From the NCBI GenBank assembly GCA_965645245.1, contig OZ287077.1:124001-188000 (forward strand): a stretch of DNA of 64,000 bases, in the 5' to 3' direction. The position numbers were made by a program, and so were the translations under genes. Below are positions 57,750-64,000 of the stretch, piece by piece. The DNA is from Massalongia carnosa (Eukaryota). Under the pieces are notes generated by a model. It searched no databases and was not told the origin of the DNA. It worked only from the letters and a program-made list of their open reading frames with translations. How positions within the stretch are numbered: the first letter of the stretch is position 1; each line of letters starts with the position of its first letter.

Positions 57750-60700
57750 TCAATTTTCCACCGTCTCCATCGCATCAGCACGTCTGCTAGGAATCACTAC
57801 TGCCATTGGCCAGCCAGGTGGAATCATGGACTGTCGGTCGTCCTCGTCCCCCCCATGGTTTATAGTCGGCCCCTGACTATTATGTTGCTCAGGTTCTTCT
57901 ATCGGAGGTAAGTTAATATTTTGCCGAGCATGAAATGGTTTCAGTCGATTTCCTGCAAAGGTTCCAGCTAATAGGGTGCCGTCTAGTTCACATAGTTTGT
58001 AAGTTCCCTTATCAACAATTGTTTGTTGAATTTTATATGGTCCCAACCACCTGAACGTTAGTTTGCCTGTGTGCTGATTGTCTAATTTAGTGTCGTGCAA
58101 AAGAATTAATTGACCCTCGGTGAGTTCAATTGATCTCAGATTGTTCAGAGTGTCAAAGGTCTCTTTGCCTTCCATTCTTTGTCTTTGCAGGAATAAAGCT
58201 GTCTCTTCCATGTCTTCATCCCTTCGCTGTATTTGTCTCGCACGCATAGCTAGCAATTCGTCTGTTGTATGAACTTCATTCCATGGTAATATTCTCCATG
58301 TTGGAATTTCCAGTTCAATTGGTAGAACAGCCTCATTGCCGCTATTCAGATAGAAAGGTGTGTTGCCGGTGCTAGCACGAACTGTTGTACGGTCGGCCCA
58401 TAGTACTGCAGGAAGATTATCAACCCATTTGCCCATGCCTCCATTTGTCATTTTGGATAATGCTTGAACAACTGGCCGATGTCCCCGTTCTATCATGCCA
58501 TTGGCTTGCGGATGATAGGCAGAAACAACTACTCTTTTGATACCATATCGATTTGCTAATTCGATAACAGCATCTTTGTTTTCTGGTCCACCATCAACAA
58601 TCAGTTTTCCGAAGCACCCATGTCTGCATATAACATCTTCCCACAAGAATCTCGCGACATTCTGAGCGTAGCTTTTCCTAGTGCTCTACCCTCGACCCAT
58701 CCGGAAAAGTCATCTCTGGCCATAACAATATAGTGCTTGCCTCGACAAGCTGGCATGTGGACCACGTCTAAGCCAACCTTCTGCCACATGAAGGTAACCC
58801 ATGTCGGATGAAGTGCTTCCTCGAGCCTAGTGGGGTCACGTTTCTGACATTCCTCGCAGGACCGAACATAGCCTTTTACATCATCGTGCAATTGTTCCCA
58901 CCAGTACCTGTCTGCTATGCGTCTGTATGTGCCCTCTCTGCCTCTATGTCCACTTTCGTCATGCAGCTGTTTCAATATTTCCAACTTCCGCTCATCGGAG
59001 TCTATCACTCTCCTGGAAGGTACGTTCTTGCTGTTTCGTCTATAAAGATGGCCATCTTGTACTCGATAGCGCAAGGCCTCGCTCTTAAACGCTCTAAACT
59101 CTTTGCGGTTTAGTCCAACCGGCTTTTGTAGTGATGTTAGAAATGCAGCGATTCTCTCGGACTTATCTCTATATCCGGCCTTTAGCACTTTTTCGTCTGG
59201 CACCTCGTCTGCGGAGTTAACGGAAATTGGACAGGCCCTTAGTGAATTCAGTTCGGCATCTATGAAGTCGTCTATGTCTTGCTCCTGCTGTTCGGCCCGA
59301 ATTTCTTCCTCAGTATGAGGTCGTCTAGACAGTCCATCTGCTGCCGTATGTTTTCGGCCAGCAACATGTTTGACCTCGAAGTCAAACAGTCGTATCCATG
59401 CTATCCATCGGACTATCAGAGCACCAGGCAAATCGGTACAAGCTCCATTCAATTGCGCCACTAGGACGTTGGCGTCTGTCTCCAACACAAAGTGAACTCC
59501 ATATAGCCAGTGCCTTGTCTTTTTCAATGCCTTTAGAACGCCTCGACACTCTCGCTTGGTTGCATCATATCGCTGTTCCACCTCGCTCCATACTCCGCTT
59601 TCGTACCGAATGGGGTGACGCTTGCCATCAAAGATTTGCATCAGTACAGCGCCCCATCCTTTCAAACTCGCATCCACAGCCAATATGATAAGTCCAGCTA
59701 GCTCGCTATAGTCAATGGTCTTTAGTGCTGGCGGAGATGTCAGAGCTATCTTCAGCAAGTCCATTGCCTCGGTTTGTTCCATGCCCCATACAAAAGCAGC
59801 ATCTTTCTTCAGCAGACGATATATTGGTTCAGCAACAATGGCAAAGTCCAATATCCATATGCGATAGTACACACACACACCTATAAAAGCACGAGCGGAA
59901 GAAGCGTCGGTGCATATCGGCCACTCTAGAATTTTGATAACCTTAGCGGTGTCCGGATGTCTACCATCGGAGTCGGTCACAAATCCTACTATCTTCAGAC
60001 CGGCCATGCAAAATTGCGACTTTTCTCCGGAGATAGTGCATCCAGCCCTTTCTATGTCCGCGAGTACCCCATCTAGCCACATGAGATGTTCAAGCACGTA
60101 CTTTCTGATGCCCGGTGCCACTTCTTCACCACCATAATCAGTCTTCGGCCCCTTCACTCCGATGTCATCAAAGAAAGGTTTAGCACGGTTCGGAATGTGG
60201 TCCTGCAGTATCTTTGTCACTACCCGTACGAACTGTGCAACCGAATTGGTAGCTCCCATTGGTATAGATGTCATTCGCAATAGTCCTATTGGTGTCATGA
60301 AGGCGGTCATGTCTCGACTATGAACATCGAGTTCCATTTGGTCATATCCTGAAAACAAGTCGATCAAGGAAGCGATGTGGCAGCCAGCAAAGTCCTCTGA
60401 GAATTCGTCTACCGAAGGTGGCAGATTTGCGTCTCGGATGGTCACTTTGTTCATGTCTAGGGCCGCATTAATTAATCGGTACTTATTTTTCTCTTTCTTC
60501 TTCACTATGAACCATGGATTTCGATAGGGACCATGACAAGGTTCCAACGTTCCTCGCTGCAGTCGGTCCTTCAGCATCTCTATCACCATCGGTACCAGGG
60601 CCCTTGGCAATGGGAATGATGGGGTCTGCCATGCCTCATGTGGAATAGTGTTGATTTTACATGGTGGAGACACCTCAGGTTTGACTCTGCCCATCTCGGA

Positions 60701-61336
60701 AAACTCCCATGACAGCGCTGCTTCTCGGTTGTATAACATCTGGGTCAACACTTCTTTCTCAGCAGACGTCATACTGTCGCCCACTGTCATTCGCTGCAGC
60801 CGTTCCGGTGTCAATCGTGAGCCTTTGAATATTGTCGAGAACTTTGGAATTAGCCAATCAGGGAACTTTTCTGACTTTGGTAGGCCTCTCTCTTTCTCTA
60901 GCGCCTTCGCTTTCCAATCTGCTATTCCACCAGGTATGGTGCCATCCGACTGGTCAGAATTCACTGGTCGAACCTTGACTGCCTTCCGTTTGTATGCCGT
61001 ATCAACTCTCACACTACTCCGTCGCCCGAACACCCTGTTCTGATTGATCGTGTACATGTCGAATTTCCGAGAAAACCTCAGAGCCGAAAGTCCGACCGAG
61101 CCAATTGCACGCGACGGTGTGAAGGCGCGAACATAGTGGTCCATCGCCGCCTCTTCCGCACTAGTCGCTGTAGGAGTTAGGGCTATTTGATTTAATAGGC
61201 CGGGCCTGTTAAATGGAATGGAAGATTTATTCTCCGATAGTCCAACCCTAAAACTCGACACTTTCGCTCTCTCCAGGTTTTTATTACTGCTACCAGCCAT
61301 GGACCTGTTCTGCACATGGTGGCTAGCTAGTTTAAA
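57750..61336 (-). pseudogene. pol: D2 pol with a 1-bp deletion in integrase (near 58668)
   Basis: ORFs 58601-61315 and 57750-58646; gctaccgctcag in D1 vs gctacgctcag in D2. Confidence 0.93.
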
Positions 61337-62838
61337 GTTTCGTCTCGGTTCTCCGGAAACAGGTCCTCTGCTGTATGGAGTTTGCTACCAGGATCGGAAG
61401 TCGCTATGAACTTAGCAGTTCGTTTCCCATCTTCAGCATGTATGGTGCATTCTACCTCGTTGTTACGGTAGTCCAAGCCCACACGCATCTGGTGAAGATA
61501 AGGTTGTCCTAGCACTAGTTGATGGTCCGCAGCATCAATGACAAATATGTGGTTAAGCGACGCTACTCCGCCAATATCAACCTCCACGTTTTCACACACC
61601 CCGAGGAATTCCTTTCTATGTCCGGTATGGGAAATTAGATTGATATTTGGGTAAGGTCGCATGGCCAGACCCTCGCGCTTAGCGACATCATATGTCATCA
61701 CGTTCACTTCGGCACCTGAGTCAAGAAGAGACTTATATCGGCCTCCATCACCAACTCGCACTTTGGCTTTAGGTGTCGACCTTGTATATGCTCTGCGGAG
61801 TAGTGGATCCCGAATGCCGATAGAGCCGATTTTTACCGTTGGACCGTCCTGTCTTTCTGCTTCCGTATTTCGTGTCACTTTGTTAACTACCGATTTAAAC
61901 ATGGGTAACATGGCTATGATATTGCCATTGGTCAGTCCTCCAGTACCAGCTGCTAGCGATTGCAGATAGCGGCCCTGTATCAAGTCCACGTTGAACTCTC
62001 GTCTCGCTATCTTCAGGAATTCTTCTGCACCTATCTTTTCTATGGCGTCTCGAACTTCTCCACGAATAGGTGCCCTCAGCACTCCGGTACCCGGCTTCTT
62101 CTTTCCGCCGCCTTTCCCAGCTAGACCTGCTTCTGTCATTTCCACATCTTCTTCTATAGGGTCAGCAAATGTTACCCGAGGTTCTGCCGCGGAAGCTCTG
62201 TCGGTTGGTTTTGATTGGTCAAGACTATCATTCCGACGTTCTACCGACGTAGGAAGCGGACTCCAATTGCCATATCTAGGTGCTTTCGGTACTGCGAAAT
62301 GGTCCTCGCGCTCAGCCCTGCGTTTCAGAATTCGTTTAGCCGGCTCTTTCCAGTTCTCCTCAGCAGGTTTATTGTTTTCGGTCCTAGCCGAGTTGATAGA
62401 GGTAGTATGTTCGATGATCGTCACCTCCGGGTCCCATTCTTCGTCAGAAGAAAAGTCATCTGCACTATCCTCGCCTATTCGAACCGTGTGCACTTCGGCA
62501 TTTTGTCCAGCTTGACTAAATTGATTGGCCAACATCTTCGCACGTCTAATGGACTCTTTTTGTGTCACACCCGGTAAATGCCGAATTGGGTTGGAATATG
62601 TACCCATCGGTCCCAGACAGAGCAGGCCTTTCTCATTCAGATGGATAACACCATTCCTTTGGTCAGCGTCGAAGTCTGGACAGTCTCTTCGCCTGTCATG
62701 CAGTACCTTCTCTCCACAATAGTTGCAGCTTTCGTCGCTACCATATTGATGGTCATGCTGTTGTCTCTGTCCGTCATAGGATGACTGTCTATGTGGTGAT
62801 TGGGAACGGTTCCGACTCTGCTGACTCTGCTGACTATT
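61327..62838 (-). CDS. D2 zinc knuckle and protease
   Basis: The annotated 426-aa ORF is identical to that of D1. Confidence 0.85.
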   Translation of the reverse strand, partial: NSQQSQQSRNRSQSPHRQSSYDGQRQQHDHQYGSDESCNYCGEKVLHDRRRDCPDFDADQRNGVIHLNEKGLLCLGPMGTYSNPIRHLPGVTQKESIRRAKMLANQFSQAGQNAEVHTVRIGEDSADDFSSDEEWDPEVTIIEHTTSINSARTENNKPAEENWKEPAKRILKRRAEREDHFAVPKAPRYGNWSPLPTSVERRNDSLDQSKPTDRASAAEPRVTFADPIEEDVEMTEAGLAGKGGGKKKPGTGVLRAPIRGEVRDAIEKIGAEEFLKIARREFNVDLIQGRYLQSLAAGTGGLTNGNIIAMLPMFKSVVNKVTRNTEAERQDGPTVKIGSIGIRDPLLRRAYTRSTPKAKVRVGDGGRYKSLLDSGAEVNVMTYDVAKREGLAMRPYPNINLISHTGHRKEFLGVCENVEVDIGGVASLNHIFVIDAADHQLVLGQPYLHQMRVGLDYRNNEVECTIHAEDGKRTAKFIATSDPGSKLHTAEDLFPENRDETLN

Positions 62839-64000
62839 CTAATTGGCCGGTCGCATTTGAGCTCCGGTGGCAAGGACTAATGCATCGAACTTATTGGTCA
62901 GGTCCATGATAGTTTTCTCCGTGGACTTCGATAGGCTAACAGTAGTCGAGTCTGCTACTGGTGGACTAAGCGAGTTCATGATATTTTCATGACCGTCTAG
63001 CACTATCTTTTTGTCGAACTGGTCGGCTAGAGCACTATATTTATCGGTTACACTCTTCTCGGTCCGCATCACCTCCTTATATTTCATTCTCGCCTCTACT
63101 AGTGTCAGAGTCTTTTTCACCAGTCCATCAAAGTCCTTCATCACATTATCGTCGAAATCAACACCTCGGCGAAAGAACAACTCTTCGCGTATGTCAGCAG
63201 GAAGACCTTGCATGAACCACTGATTTCGTGTGTAAATGTCTAGCTTCTCTTGACTAATTAGGGCTTTGGATATGGCACCGAACTTCCGACAGAAGTTCCG
63301 CACATCATCGTCGCTAGTGCGTACTTTGTCCTTGTATGACTCCAGAAACGGTCGAGAATTCACCTGCTGAATGCTATCGCCAGCCTTGTACTCTTTCTTC
63401 ATCACCTTGCTCAGCTGTGTCCATCTTCTCTCCACAAAGTCCGGAAGCGACTCAATGGTCTGGCCAATTAGCATGTCGCAATAACGGGGCAACCTACGAA
63501 TCCTCTCATTGTTTCCGACATGATAGTCCTCACACATATCCTCGTACCGACTCAGGAACTCCGACACATTTTTACCTTGAAAGAATGGAGTGCCAGGAGT
63601 GCCTGGTTGAGGCATGGTCATCACAAATCCAAAGGGTCCAGCGGACATGGCTGGTCTATTTCCAAAAGACTCGGGGCTTGTCGACGATGGTGTGGTCATG
63701 GTGCTCTCTGCCTCGTGACTAGGTTGACCTTCGGTTGTAGGTATGATAGTCGATGGACTATCTCGGCTCGCAGGTGGAGCAGGACTATCAGTTCGCGTAC
63801 GTGCCTCGTTAGTGTTTCGGACGCTAATGACAAGTTGCTCAAGAAGAGGAATGAGGTTTGTAACGATTTTTGTCAGCTGTGAGGTAGTTGTTTCTTTGTC
63901 GTCAGAGGTTGGGATATGACTACTCGGCTGACAATAGTATGGATGACAATGCGAAACAGGATGATGAGTATACGTCTCTCCTGCAGACGAATGACCAATA
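62839..64000 (-). CDS. gag: D2 gag (partial)
   Basis: Two amino-acid differences from D1 over the annotated 286 aa; same TAG. Confidence 0.75.
   Translation of the reverse strand, partial: IGHSSAGETYTHHPVSHCHPYYCQPSSHIPTSDDKETTTSQLTKIVTNLIPLLEQLVISVRNTNEARTRTDSPAPPASRDSPSTIIPTTEGQPSHEAESTMTTPSSTSPESFGNRPAMSAGPFGFVMTMPQPGTPGTPFFQGKNVSEFLSRYEDMCEDYHVGNNERIRRLPRYCDMLIGQTIESLPDFVERRWTQLSKVMKKEYKAGDSIQQVNSRPFLESYKDKVRTSDDDVRNFCRKFGAISKALISQEKLDIYTRNQWFMQGLPADIREELFFRRGVDFDDNVMKDFDGLVKKTLTLVEARMKYKEVMRTEKSVTDKYSALADQFDKKIVLDGHENIMNSLSPPVADSTTVSLSKSTEKTIMDLTNKFDALVLATGAQMRPAN

Larger units (their letters stand above)
56478..64000 (-). mobile_element. gypsy element D2 (inverted copy of D1, truncated by window end)
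   Basis: Reverse complement of about 38490-46022; 3' LTR 56478-56827. Confidence 0.95.

Overview
This window is an almost gene-free nested transposable-element cluster from a eukaryote, most likely an ascomycete fungus (inferred from the Tad1-like LINE, Fot1/pogo, Impala-like Tc1, self-priming chromoviruses and Ngaro-like tyrosine-recombinase retroelement). Left to right: the 5' end of a Ty1/copia element (-); a decayed copia RT-RNaseH remnant split by two solo LTRs; decayed chromoviral Ty3/gypsy A (-) with a Tc1 in gag and a pogo element 4 bp into its 5' LTR; a decayed Ngaro/DIRS-type element whose RNase H carries a long in-frame repeat insert; a full-length Tad1-like LINE with a 15-bp TSD; copia B, split by chromovirus C and by non-chromoviral gypsy D1; copia F, split by the intact chromovirus E and by D2, an inverted near-identical copy of D that runs off the window end. 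Family D is the most unusual: protease in the gag frame, a U_UUA_AAC plus predicted pseudoknot -1 frameshift between protease and RT, an FFDD RT site, an in-frame TAG shared by both copies, and an extra 171-aa 3' ORF whose copies differ by several silent changes. I could not support any host gene, RNA gene or CRISPR array. All comparisons were made by eye.
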